Below, one piece after another: positions 41,017 to 53,340 of a DNA stretch of 64,000 nucleotides. The DNA lies in contig OX597819.1 in assembly GCA_951406725.2 (NCBI GenBank), positions 90,210,001 through 90,274,000 of the forward strand, written 5' to 3'. Each line of letters starts with the position of its first letter. The first letter of the stretch is position 1. A model generated the notes under the pieces. The model was not told the origin of the DNA, searched no databases, and saw only the letters and a program-made list of their open reading frames with translations. The stretch is from Octopus vulgaris (lineage: Eukaryota). Made by a program: the position numbers and the translations under genes.

Positions 41017-41503
41017 ATTGGGTCACATACACACTTTGATGATACAGCTCAACACTGATTTTGTTCAATCACTGACAGCCATTTTTTCCTTCATAATTTG
41101 GTGGTTGTCTTACCAGTTTTTGTATAAAATGATCACAGTGTTTTTCAGCTTTTTGGTTCAAGTCGAGCTCTTGAATTTCATTGGACCTTGTTTTCATCTA
41201 ATCAAATATTGACATTAAAAAGGAACGTTCCCTTTTAGTGTCAACATTTAGGTAAAAATCATAGTCTCTACTATGTACACATAATTAGGTAAAAACCATA
41301 GCCTCTACCATGTACACATAAATGAAGTCCAATGAAATTCAAGAGCTTGGCTTAAGCCATAAGCCCCCAAAAAATTTCTTTTTTTTTTCTGTACACAAAC
41401 TGCTAAGGTATCCATCATACTATGTATGAAAAATAATTGTTACTGATTGGATGAAATCAGTTTCAAGAGGTATATCATGGAAGTAAGTGTATATGTGACA
41501 CAG
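41017..41503. mobile_element. MITE-like element with imperfect TIRs of about 170 bp
   Basis: gtcacatacacact../..agtgtatatgtgac and gagctcttgaatttcattggac/gtccaatgaaattcaagagctt. There is an internal 37-bp direct duplication at 41248-41320. Confidence 0.65.
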
Positions 41504-42299
41504 AATATTTATGTAGCCATGACAATGAATTGTGTTACTCCAATTCCAATATAGAATATTGATATAACAAGTTTCATCATCATCATCATCATTGAGAGCA
41601 GTAGCAGTATTAGGTCATCATAATGATCATCCTTATCACACCATTTAAAATCTATTTTCCCATACTGGCATGAGGTGGTAAGGTCTACAGTATAGCATCT
41701 GTATTGACTAGTATTGACCTTATCATTGATCTTTGTATTATCTTTATCGATCTTGTGTCATCTTGCTTATGAACCCCAACATTCTCAGAAGTGATTTGAT
41801 TACTCCCTCCCAAGTTTTCCTTCGTCTTTCTTTGCTGCAAGGTTCATCAATACATACCATCTTTTCCATCCAGTTTGTACCATCTATTTACATTATATAC
41901 CCAATCCAGCATGGTTGCCTATTCTGCTAATTTCATTTAACTATTCTCTTAAATTAACACTACACATCCAACAGATCATACTAAATTTATTTTACTCTAG
42001 TTCTCTTGATTCATTTTCCATCTTCTACTGTCAGGCAACATGATATCAAAGAAAAGAGGCTAGCACATGTGTGCACACACACACACACACACACACAACG
42101 TACATATATGATAGGCTTCTTTTCAGTTTCCATCTGCCAAATCCACTCGCCAGGTTTTGGCGATATTTGCCCAAGGTGCCATGTAGTGGGACTGAACCAG
42201 AAACCACATGATTGTGAAGTAAACACAGCCATGCCTGCATCCTATATACATGCACACACAAATGTGCTTATGCACAAACAAGCATGCGTTTGTATATGT

Positions 42300-42520
42300 C
42301 TGTATGATGTTTTGTGCCTGTGTATGTCTCCCCCATCACCACTTGACAACCAGTGTTGGCGTGTTTACGTCCCTGTAACTTAGCAGTTCGGCTAAAGAGA
42401 CTGATGGAATAAGTACTAGACTTACACAGAATAAGTCCTAGGGGTTACTTTGGTTGACCAAAACACTTCAAGGTGGTGCTGCAGCATGGCTACAATCAAA
42501 TAACTGAAACAAGTAAAAGA
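42300..42520 (+). mobile_element. SINE family A 3' half (an inverted family A head lies at 42110-42240)
   Basis: Homology to 63131-63541. Confidence 0.75.
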
Positions 42521-43796
42521 ATAGAAGAATTCTGCTAAAAAAAGAAAGAAAAACAAACAAAATGTAATAAGAAATCCAATCATTATGTTAATTTGTTTGT
42601 GGGTCACTTCTAAATATTTGATTGGCTGAAATCTGTGCTGCAAGTCTGCTTTGATCAAAACCTGCTGTGGTTCTCTACTAACAATAACATCATTTCCAAG
42701 ATAGCTTTTACATTGCTCAGATGATGTAACTAACAGACTATCAATATACTATAAGCCAACATTACAACTAAACGTTATTAATTTATGACTCGCTGTGATA
42801 CAAGCAGAATTCAACAGAATCTGACAAATAAAAATCTACTGGAAGGAATAAAATGTTTTCCAATGGACAGTAATGTACATTATATCATGTTGTAAAGCTA
42901 AATTTAATTTTGGTCTTACCTTACATAAACTTCAATTAGGATCTTTAATTAAATTTTAACATATACTTTGTTGTTGTTGTTGTTGCTTGTCATTGCATTA
43001 TTTTAGAAAGTATTTGTAGATTTTTGTATCTTACATTCTAAATATTTACAGATTACATCAAATTCTAATTAACAATAACCAGGTTCTATTTAGGAAAGAA
43101 AATATATTTCCTTAAGACAAATTCATGATTAGCTGTTTCTGTTGCCAAAAGTTAATATTATTTTCATCATCATTACCACCACCACCACCAATATCATTTG
43201 TTGTTGTCTCCACCATCATCACTATTATCATCATTATCATCACCATTATCATCATCAACACCACCACTACCGCTATCATCGTCATCGTTGTCATCGTCAT
43301 TATTGCTAGTACAGATTTTGCTGTTATGATCACCATTACCATATTACTGTTGTTGTTGTCAGCATCATCATTATCAGCCAAAAGTCAAATATTATTTTTA
43401 TCATCATTACCACCACCACCACCACCATCATTGATGTCACTATCATTATGACCATTACTATCACCATCATCATCATCTTGACCATCACCAACATCATCGT
43501 CACTAATCAGCAGCAGCATCATCATCATTATTGTTGTTACATATGTTGTTATCATTCATCCCCTCTACCACCGCCACTACCATCCTTATAGCTCCTACAA
43601 CTACAACTACTACTACTGCTGCCATTCTTACTGTTTTTGTTACTGCCACTATTTGGCATTGTATATGAATCTGGAAAATTGCCTCTCCCCACCTGTTGCT
43701 ATCTATGTTTGGTTATTTCTTTTCTTTATCACAATGTTTCTTAGATATGTATAAATTATTCTCCTCCTTCTCCTCTGGTTTTTCTTCTTCTTCTTC

Positions 43797-43828
<32 letters not shown>

Positions 43829-45638
43829 GTTTACTTCTTACTGTCATACCACTCCACTGCCATTAATGACAACAACAATCGACCACTAACATATTTGTAT
43901 TCATTTTTTCATTGTCCATTCTCTCCACATTAAGCTTCCATAGTCTTTGAGTGTTCATCATCATTGTCATTTAATATTATTCATCCAAAAAACAATATGG
44001 CAGCATTACGCTAAACCAATGAAGGAGCAATTATGAGGCTGCTTGACTTGCCACAAATAGCAGCCAAATTTCCCTCAAATACCATCCTGTCATTTAAATA
44101 AAGGGAAAACATATTTAACAATATAGTGCCTGATATATATATATATATCATCATCATCATGTGTTTCCACTGTATAGAGTATGCGCTGTTGCACAAGCAG
44201 CCCGGCATAATTTTCTGTGCAGCTTTGTTCAGGATCTTTCAACCAGCTTGGCTGGAACATAGCTGAAAGCTACCACAATATCCACCCATATAATATATCC
44301 TTCTAAACTCACACACACATGTATTTATTTGTGTGTATGTATGTGCATGTGTGTGTGTGTACATATAGATATGTATGTTTGTATGTATATATGTACATAA
44401 TGGCGATGCCCCAGCATGGCCACAGCTCGTGAGCTGAAACTAGAATCAATCAATCATAAGTGTGGAATTTGGCTTATTGGATGGTTTGGAGGAAAAAATT
44501 GCTTTTTAATCAATCATTTCAATTATGTCTCAATAACTTGTCAGTTAATCAATGGAAAGGTCATGGGTTAACCACTGTTGGACTGTGCTTAGACTTTAAT
44601 CCAGCCCTATCAGTACAGGAGGGCCTAGAATGGCTCTAAATTCTGTCCTTTGTTTTCCGTCTAATAGGGCCAAAAAATAACAAAGAGGGTAATATCAATC
44701 CAATTTTTACTTATACAAAATTTGGTATTCATAATAACTATTATGATTGGTTCCAAGAATTAGAAAATTGTTGCTAAGAGACATGGCAAATATCAATGAA
44801 GCTAATATGTGTTGCAAAATAATGACTTTATGTTGGCTGAATTCTAGCACAGTTACTACAGCAGGAGAAAATGTCAATGTCATGTTGAGGTTTTTGTAGT
44901 CTGAACCTAACCATTAGATTTATGTATTTCCTGTATGTATGTGTAGTTAAGTAATTAAATTAATGGTATATATTAGTTATCCTGTCAAACAACAGGAGTG
45001 AGAAGTTAAACAATATCAACCTCACCCTCCACCAACATTGCCATGCAGTCAATGCCATTCACTCTTTTATGCAAGAATTGGTCTCCAGAGTCATCAACAG
45101 TATTAGCATAAAGAAAGCGTTCAGCAAAGAAAGAAAAGAGATAAAGCTGCTACCACCACCGCTGCTGCCAGTATGTTAGTAAAATAATTAGTTATCAATG
45201 GGGGGGGGGGGCCTCTAAAACAAGAGGTGTTTAGGCACATTGTTTATGAGCAGTATTTATACACTCTGTTTATATACAGTGTTTCTTTACAAAATGAGTA
45301 ATGACTGGAAAGACCTTCCAGCAATATTTCTTGTTTTAAAGAACAGAATGTGTATCTTAAAGCAGAAATAGTTTGTGCTATTTTAGAAAGATTAAAGAAC
45401 TGGAGTAAAAATTCTTGGCTTCTTTCTTAAGATTGCACCTATTTTGAGCAACCAGAAATCTAACAATCTAACTGCCATGCCACAGTCAAGGGACATTGCT
45501 GTGACAGAATTTACAAAGACATTTATCCTGCTTGCTATTCTTAAACAATGCCAGAAAAATTGCTGTCGCATATTTGTCATCAGTCTTCTTCTGAGATCAC
45601 TAATCTCACAATGTCATTTCTTATTGATTTCATTGCAG

Positions 45639-45709
45639 GACTTCCTTGGAAAATTGGAATGTACTCTTGCAGAAATTATGATAGCAAATCGATATGTGAA
45701 AAGATTGCA
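45639..45709 (+). CDS. CPNE8: Copine exon (end of C2A domain; DFLGKLECTLAEIMIANRYVKRL)
   Basis: A 71-nt exon (tttcattgcag acceptor, gtaagt donor) starting in phase 0. DFLGxxxCTLxEI is the copine motif that directly follows ...SKH. Confidence 0.9.
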
Positions 45710-47132
45710 GTAAGTAAAAAAAAAATTATATATATATATATATATATGAATATAAATATATATATGTTTATATATGGATGTATACTGAAATAATAATAAC
45801 CAAAGAATCCATTTTTATTAACATTTAATAACTTTGGGAAAACAACAATGTTCTATTTTGGTTCTCTCCATATAAATGACTTTGTATTGCTGAAGTTAAT
45901 TCTTCTAACTTCATACTCCAGTGTTTCTTGCATTTCAACATAATTTCCTCTAAAACTGCTTTTTCTTTCTCTCTTTCTTTTTTCTGTCTCTTTATTCTTT
46001 CTTCCATTTTTTTTTTCAATGATTTCTTTTTGTGCTTTTCTTTTTTTTTCTGATATATTTTCTTCCTTCATTACTTTTCTTGTTAATCTATTTACAATAC
46101 AATTTAAGTGATTTTTTTTAGAAACAAGACAAAAAAAAAATAAAGATTTTTTTTTTAAAGAAGAAAATTATCTCACTACTAAAATAACACAGAAAATAAA
46201 GTATTTTCATTATCAAATAAGGCAATTATAATAGTGTGTATACACATGTTTATATATATTTACATATATTTACACACGCACACACACACACATAACATGC
46301 ACATATGTGTGTGTGTGTGTAAGGAAATATCAGTTTAAAAAATGTAAGCAAAAGTCAAATGAAATAAAACAAGACAAAGGTTTAAAAAATAGTAGACAAA
46401 GTGAATTTTAAGTAAATCACTCTTATGAATATCAGGAATTACCATTCATCCATATTAATAGATACTAAGTGTTAAAGAAAAGCAACTCATTAAATAATTC
46501 TAATAGAGAAAATGTGATTGTTTTTACCCTTCTATTTATTCCTCTATCTTATTTGTTTCAGTTTTTATTCCATACCTTTTAATTATAATTCCTATGTGGT
46601 GACCATCTCTGGAAATTACATTTTTTAATAACTGAATTATTTATCATATGATATTATTTGGATATTGTAAAGGTTAAGTTGATTTTTTTTTGGGGGGGGG
46701 GGGGTCCAGTTCTAGTTGCTCTTTAAGAAATCTTTCTGCAAACGTAGATTTGAAAGTAGGTCATTAAATGATCAGCATTTTGAAAGGCAATTCTTTGTCT
46801 TGAGTAGTATTCTAATTACAACACTTCACTGATAAATACAACCAAAGAACTTTTCTATGTGTATGCTTGAGCAAGGTTCACCACCCTTTTTGCACTATTT
46901 TTTTACAAGTCTAGCTTATTTTTACTATATATAAGTTGTGGGTAGTAAGATTTCAAATGACACAACAGGTACATTACTATGAGTGCTCAGACTGAATTTG
47001 TGTTTAAACTCTAGCTTTAAGTGCAGGGATGTGATGCCTCCCTAAAGAAGATTGGCTACAAGCAATGTATCAATTGAGCTGGTATATGTATAGTAGAGCA
47101 AGATCATAAACAGGCAATCAACATTATATATA

Positions 47133-47463
47133 TAATTGTCTAAAAATGCATCAGACAAAAAAAGGCACTCATATATTAGGTAATAGAGTGGCTATATTAC
47201 TATCATCATCATCATCATTATCATTATCTAAATAATATTGTATTGTTGTCTCATGATAGCCAAATTGTCAAATGGTTTCATGCTAGATACTAAGATCTAA
47301 ATCTAGCAATCATCAGAAATAGCTAAAAAGATTAAAATGGCTATACTATTCCTTTCAGCTAAATTGCTATATAATATTATATTATTAATAATATAGCCAC
47401 TCTATTACCAAATGTATGAGTGTCTGTTACTTTTTATTTTTACTCGTGGATTTTAGACAACTG
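47133..47463. mobile_element. Tc1/mariner-type MITE (TA TSD)
   Basis: ta|taattgtctaaaa..ggtaatagagtggctatatta pairs with taatatagccactctattacc..ttttagacaactg|ta. Confidence 0.7.
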
Positions 47464-49332
47464 TATATAAATATATACTCACACACACACCAATCTCATT
47501 AGAATATAGTAGTCAGTATTAGGAAGACTTATTTCACCAATGTCAGAAACAACGGGCATAAACTGGAGTTTAGAAATGTTATAAAAAACAGGGAAACTAA
47601 GAGATATTGTAAGTCAATGTTATTTCATTGAAATTAATTATTTAATGAAACTAAGTTTTCTAAGAGATTGGTATTGGTGATCTTTGGGTAAGAATTCAGG
47701 AAAAAGATTCTTTTATGGTGAATTTTAGTGATCCAGTTTTGTGATGATGATATCATCAACACCATCATCATTATCATTATCATCATCATCAACATCATCA
47801 TTATCATTGTCATCATCATCACCATCACCACCACCATCATCATCATCATTATTATCATCATCATAATTTGCTAATAAGTTGTTAATTACTCACAGGTCAG
47901 CTCTGTTTCAGTGTACCCATGATCAAAAGCATTCTATATATGACCATCCAGTCTTTTATTCAGGTAGCGCATCTATTGAGGGCTACATTATGTGATGTCT
48001 TCAATCTTTGACTGCTAATTCTGCTAGGTTCAGCAACCACATAGAGAATTCTTTGTTGGCTGATAGATGAGTTGATTTGATTGGTTAGTTCTCTGCAGCC
48101 CCACTCCAACTTCATTGAACAAACTGACATGAATAAAAGGAAATGTTTCTAAAAATATCTCCAATTTTTATCTTACTTTAATATCATTTTATTCCTTCTC
48201 AATAATAAATGATATTGAGAGAATTATTGATATCCTTCCACATGCCTACTGTATCTTCTATAATCATGGCTTATCTCCTGGTTTCCATTGAGATTAATCT
48301 TCTGATTACATTAATTGTCTATATCAGCTTTAATCTTCCATACAAACCGGCCCCCATTTCCCTAACATAGCTAAACTGATGCAATCAATGTCAAGTGCAA
48401 TGTCTCTACAAGGCTACAACTTTATCAGCATGATTATTTCTAATACAATCGGTTTGTGGTACCACACTGGTTGATGTGAGGCTTTACATACATGCTTCAA
48501 TGCTACTCAAACTTGGAAAAAAATAAAGAAAGTTAAGATTTTCAAATAATTTAAGTACCACTTACAAGATGTCTGTGTCAGTTTATCAGCATTTTTGATC
48601 TCAAAAAAAAAATAGAAGGAACCAACTCCTCTTGTGTATGTGCATGTGTATATATGTGTGTGTGTGTATATGTGCGTTTGTGTGTATGTTATAAAGTTTG
48701 TTTTGCCTGGAACTCCAAGTCTTGAACAATGACATTTTCAACTGGTCAAAAAAATCTCCATGTGATCGGCTTGAAAAATTGTTAAGATATGAAGATATTT
48801 TTCTTAACATGAAACCAATGGTAGCTTTAATACACAAATAAAAAAAATTTATCCACCAATGCACCCATTCGCACACACACACACACACACACATCTTTTC
48901 TGTGGAAAGCAATATCCTTTAGTGAAAATTCTAAGTTAGTTTATCCTTTGTGTAAGGCAGTCAAAGTACCAGAAGTGTTGGAGAAGAAAATCCTTTCTCT
49001 TTGTGAGGGTCATATTATCAATTAATTGTAGGATTCACCTGAATCAAGCTATTTTAATAATGAGGACACCAAGTCGGGGTCAAGATCATCATATCTGTCT
49101 GTGTATATACCATATGCAGACACTCCCGCATTTATCTATGCATATACAAACATGTCCAAACACTTAGATATACAGATACATGAACATATCAATATGCACA
49201 TACATATAAATATACTTGTATATGAAGTTATTTGCCCATGCATGCCAGTATGCAGTTTCATGATCGATTGTAAGTTTCAGGTTAGGTGTTTACATAAAGA
49301 AAGAACACGGATGGATTAAGATAGTTATGACC

Positions 49333-49390
49333 GGTTACCCATGGTTTCACATCCATAAACCTCTTGGTTTTACATACATCTTGTCAGACC
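49333..49390 (-). ncRNA. Decayed hammerhead motif in a small fold-back insertion (49320-49461)
   Basis: Minus strand reads ggt-CTGACAA-..-GAAA-cc atg gg-TA-acc. The G8-to-A change is at a CpG site. Confidence 0.45.
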
Positions 49391-49484
49391 CTAATGACTG
49401 GTGGCCTATAACCTCTCTTCAGATTTTGAAGGGTAACCCTATGAACTGGCCATAACTATCTTTATCTATCTATCTATCTATCTA

Positions 49485-49516
<32 letters not shown>

Positions 49517-49520
<4 letters not shown>

Positions 49521-50082
49521 GTTGTCCAGAAAGTTTGTGCTGATTTTTAAAGGAAAGAAAAAGGTCAATAAATACTTGCCATTACATTCTTAATCAACCA
49601 AATATGAACCATTTTGTTGCACAATGTGTCTCCATCTTTCCTTTAACTTGAAAATACCCACTTCCCAGAATTGAGGTGGCTTCATGGCAAAGAATTCATC
49701 ACGGTATCTTTTTACATCATCCAAGGAATTGAAATTTTTACCATTAAGACTATTCTGCAGAGTCCTGAATAAGTGTAAATCCAAAGGAGCAATATCTGGT
49801 GAATATGGAGGGTGGGGTAACACATCCCAGCCAAGCTGCAGCAATTTTTGTCCGGTTCCCAAAGCATCAAGTACCGAAAATGAACTTTCTTATCTTCCAT
49901 TTTAAAGGGTTACAGAATTAATGCAGGTTATAGGAACATAAACCTTCTTCCACAAAAAGATAGCTTAAACTGTGCTCTAAATGGAGGTGTAGTCAAATCC
50001 CATTTTATGGACCCAACCATGTTCTAAAATAAGTCAAAAGGTAAGCTACTATAAATCAGCACGAACTTTCTGGACAACCCAA
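49517..50082 (-). mobile_element. Internally deleted mariner element with intact 30-bp TIRs and TA TSD
   Basis: TIR ttgggttgtccagaaagtttgtgctgattt / aaatcagcacgaactttctggacaacccaa. The N-terminal MEDKKVHFRYLML is joined to C-terminal LGWDVLPHPPYSPDIAP. Confidence 0.92.
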
Positions 50083-50114
50083 TATAAATATATATATATA
50101 CACACACACACACA

Positions 50115-50152
<38 letters not shown>

Positions 50153-50413
50153 TATGCATGTGTATTTATAAAAGATTGCTTCCCAACTCCCTGGTTCCAG
50201 GTTCAGTCCCAATGTGTGGCACCTTGGTCAAGAGTCTTTTATTATTGCTCCAGGCTACCAAAGCTGAGTGATTTGGTAGACTGAAACTGAAAAAAGCCCA
50301 TTATACATATATATATATATATATATATATAAAATTTTTTTTCTATGTTCAGTTATAGTAAAAATAATTTTACTTTAATCTGATGGGTTACTCTATACTT
50401 TTGTTGAGTACAA

Positions 50414-50516
50414 ATTTATTATTTTCATACAAGAATGTTGTTGACAGTGACTTTGGCTTAGCTGGCCGAAACTTCAAAGTCACTGTCAACAACATTTTTG
50501 TATGAAAATAATAAAT
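50414..50516. repeat. Hairpin with 42-bp arms containing the 3' half of a hammerhead
   Basis: Arms are 50414-50455 and 50475-50516, with one G-T. The centre reads ggc ttagctg gcc-GAAA-ctt ca aa-GTC-actgtc. Confidence 0.8.
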
Positions 50517-50579
50517 AAATATATATATTTATGTATTTGGTTTTTCAAGATTCTTGATGTGAAATCATGTGTTGAAACT

Positions 50580-50945
50580 GATATTGTTATTCTTGGGGAT
50601 GGTCATTTTTTGCCAATTAAACACACTATATATTTGGTCTTCACTTCAGCTTTATTATTATTATTATTATCATTTTAGTTCCTTTGTGTCAAATCTCTTT
50701 TGTCACATATTTTGTGACCTTTTCAATGACCTTTTATCCCACATGTTTCCTCTTGTTCTGCTTATTCCATTTTGTCAAAAATGGAATAAGCAGAACATAG
50801 GATAAAGGGTTGTTGAATAGTTCACAAGATGTGTAATGAAAGAGCTTTGACAAAGAAACTAAAATAATAATAAAGCTGAAGTGAAGACCAAATATTTAGT
50901 GTGTGTTTAATTGGCAAAATATGACCATCCCCAAGTATCACAATA
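50580..50945. repeat. Imperfect fold-back of about 365 bp with U3-A8 hammerhead-like motifs in both arms
   Basis: cttggggatggtcat/atgaccatccccaag and gttctgcttattccatttt/aaaatggaataagcagaac. Motifs lie at 50688-50730 (-) and 50809-50851 (+). Confidence 0.8.
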
Positions 50946-51324
50946 TATGTATGTATCTATCTATCTATCTATGTGTGCTTGGGTTTGTCTCCCCTCACTG
51001 CTTGACAGCCAGTGCTGGTTTGTTTACATCCCGGTAAGAAACTGATAGAATAAGTACCAGCTTTAAAAGAATTAATTCATTCAACTAAAACCCTTCAAAG
51101 TAGTGCTCCAGCTTAGCTGCATTGTATGTTAAAGAGTTTGTTTCCTAACTACATAGCTCCAGGTTCAGCTTCATTGCATGGCACCTTGGGTAAGTGTCTT
51201 CTATTATAGCCTCAGGCTGACCAAAGCCTTGTGAGTGGATTTGGAAGATGGAAACTGAAAAAAGTCTGTGTATGTCATATATATATATATATATATGTGT
51301 GTACATATACGCAGTGCTATGCGT

Positions 51325-51615
<291 letters not shown>

Positions 51616-52196
51616 ATATATACATACATATGTGTATCTGTGTGTATAGATAGATAGATAGATAGATAGATAGGTAGGTAGACAGGCAGGCAGGCAGATA
51701 GATAGATAGATGAACAAATGTGTTTTTGTGTGTATGTTGGTAGTCCATCAGTGTCCAACGATGACAAGGTTTGTGATCTCAGTGATGAGAGTGCATATAA
51801 GTTCACATTCCAAAGCTGAAAACAGACTGGCACCCACAGATGTCACAACAATAATCTGTTGACTGGACTGAGGCAGATGCTACCCTGTAACATCTGTGTA
51901 CATATGTGTGCATGGAGCCCCTTTCTCATTAGGTCTTTGCTGCCTTGACATCCTCCTATCTATTCATTTCTCTCTCTTTCTCTCGCTTTCTCTATGAAAA
52001 GAGATAGTGAGAGACAGAGTGAAGGCTTGGAGAGGGATGGTCTCTGCCATACTGACCTGGTTTAGAAATATTGCAGAAACATGAAGTGTTCATGTTGTGC
52101 CTCCCTCTCTCTTTATGTAGAGATCATTTCAAAATATTATTAAATTATTTTATTAAATCACAAGTTTTGTTTAGACATACAAATATAAGTTGTGTT

Positions 52197-52340
52197 ACAA
52201 ATGCTCTTGATTTAGATACAAACGTTCTTGATTTAGATACAAACGTTCTTGATTTAGACACAAACGATCTTGATTTAGACACAAACAATCTTGATTTAGA
52301 TACAAATGGTCTTGATTTAGATACAAATGCTCCTGATTAG
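52197..52340. repeat. 21-bp minisatellite (cttgatttagatacaaacgtt), about 6.5 copies
   Basis: Seen directly. It gives the spurious DLDTNVL repeat ORF. Confidence 0.92.
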
Positions 52341-53240
52341 AAGTAAGGTCCTGGAGATATATAATCTTCAAACCCAGTTTCTCTTGTAAGTTATAGTCAT
52401 TTCTTTTTGTCAGTAATAGTTTTGAAAAATACACGAACACCACACAATTTCATTTTCTCTCCCTTCTTCTATATCTGAGAATGTTTACATTTGTAAAAAT
52501 TATCAATACAAAGATGATAATTTTCTGCAGTAACACTATCTTTAGCATGTGTATAATTACAATATTTGTATTTACCCTCCATTTTTTATTGGTTCACTAT
52601 TAAAATCCTTTGTTTAGGAAGAAAATTTTCTTATTTCAGAGATGTACTTGCCAGGCAGGTGATTTGATCTAAGAATGTGTGTTGAAACTGAAACAATTAC
52701 AGAATGGAAGATACATATTAGCTATTCAAAAATACACAAAGATTGTATATACTTTACCTAAATGTTTATTATTTGGTGTCCTCTCAGCAGAATTGCATCA
52801 GTGAACAGTATGCAGTTGGTGCGACAAAAGTTTTAGCGCCAAATCTGAGTGATGTTAACAGTCTTTGTGTGTTTTCAAATGGCTGATATGTGTTTTCCAC
52901 CCTGTAAAAGTTTGTTAGTTTGGGTAAATATACATATTCAGTAATAAGACACTCAATGATCAGAGATTAAACCAACTGAAATATAGTGTCTGCTAATCTT
53001 GTAAATATATACTTTAAAGATGAAATTAATAGTCTAAAGTTTATTGTGGATCTTGAAATATTTAATCAATAAATCTATATATTTCTAGGTAATTTACAGT
53101 CTCTATTACCTAATAATTCATTTAAAATACTCTTTCAAAATACTAATAGCTTGGCTAAAACATTTTGTTACCTCATTATAAATGCTATTTTAGTTTTGTT
53201 ATGTGCGTAGGAAACTCATTATAATTTCCAGTAACTTATT

Positions 53241-53340
53241 GCATATTGTTTCAATATGTTGTTAACTCAACAAAAAACATGTTGTTTCAATATGTTGCTA
53301 ACTCACTGAAAGCATATTGTCTCGATATGTTGCTAACTCA
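53241..53340. repeat. Tandem repeat of about 33-35 bp x3 (catattgtttcaatatgttgctaactca)
   Basis: Seen directly. Confidence 0.8.

Larger units (their letters stand above)
50160..51120 (+). mobile_element. SINE family A split by fold-back insertions in its internal microsatellite
   Basis: The 5' half is at 50160-50302 and the 3' half at 50972-51120. Confidence 0.7.

Noticed and set aside
43112-43620. Poly-Ile/Thr/Met/Asp ORFs
   Set aside because: They come from (CAT)/(CAC) trinucleotide repeats, as at 5988-6267 and 47634-47864.
52071-52340. ORF with DLDTNVL heptad repeats; array could be mistaken for CRISPR
   Set aside because: It is a head-to-tail 21-bp minisatellite with no spacers, no cas genes and no splice support.
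52640-52658. Possible 19-nt micro-exon (ttttcttatttcag..gtgatt)
   Set aside because: The donor is weak, the peptide DVLARQ is not copine-like, and it would likely shift the frame.
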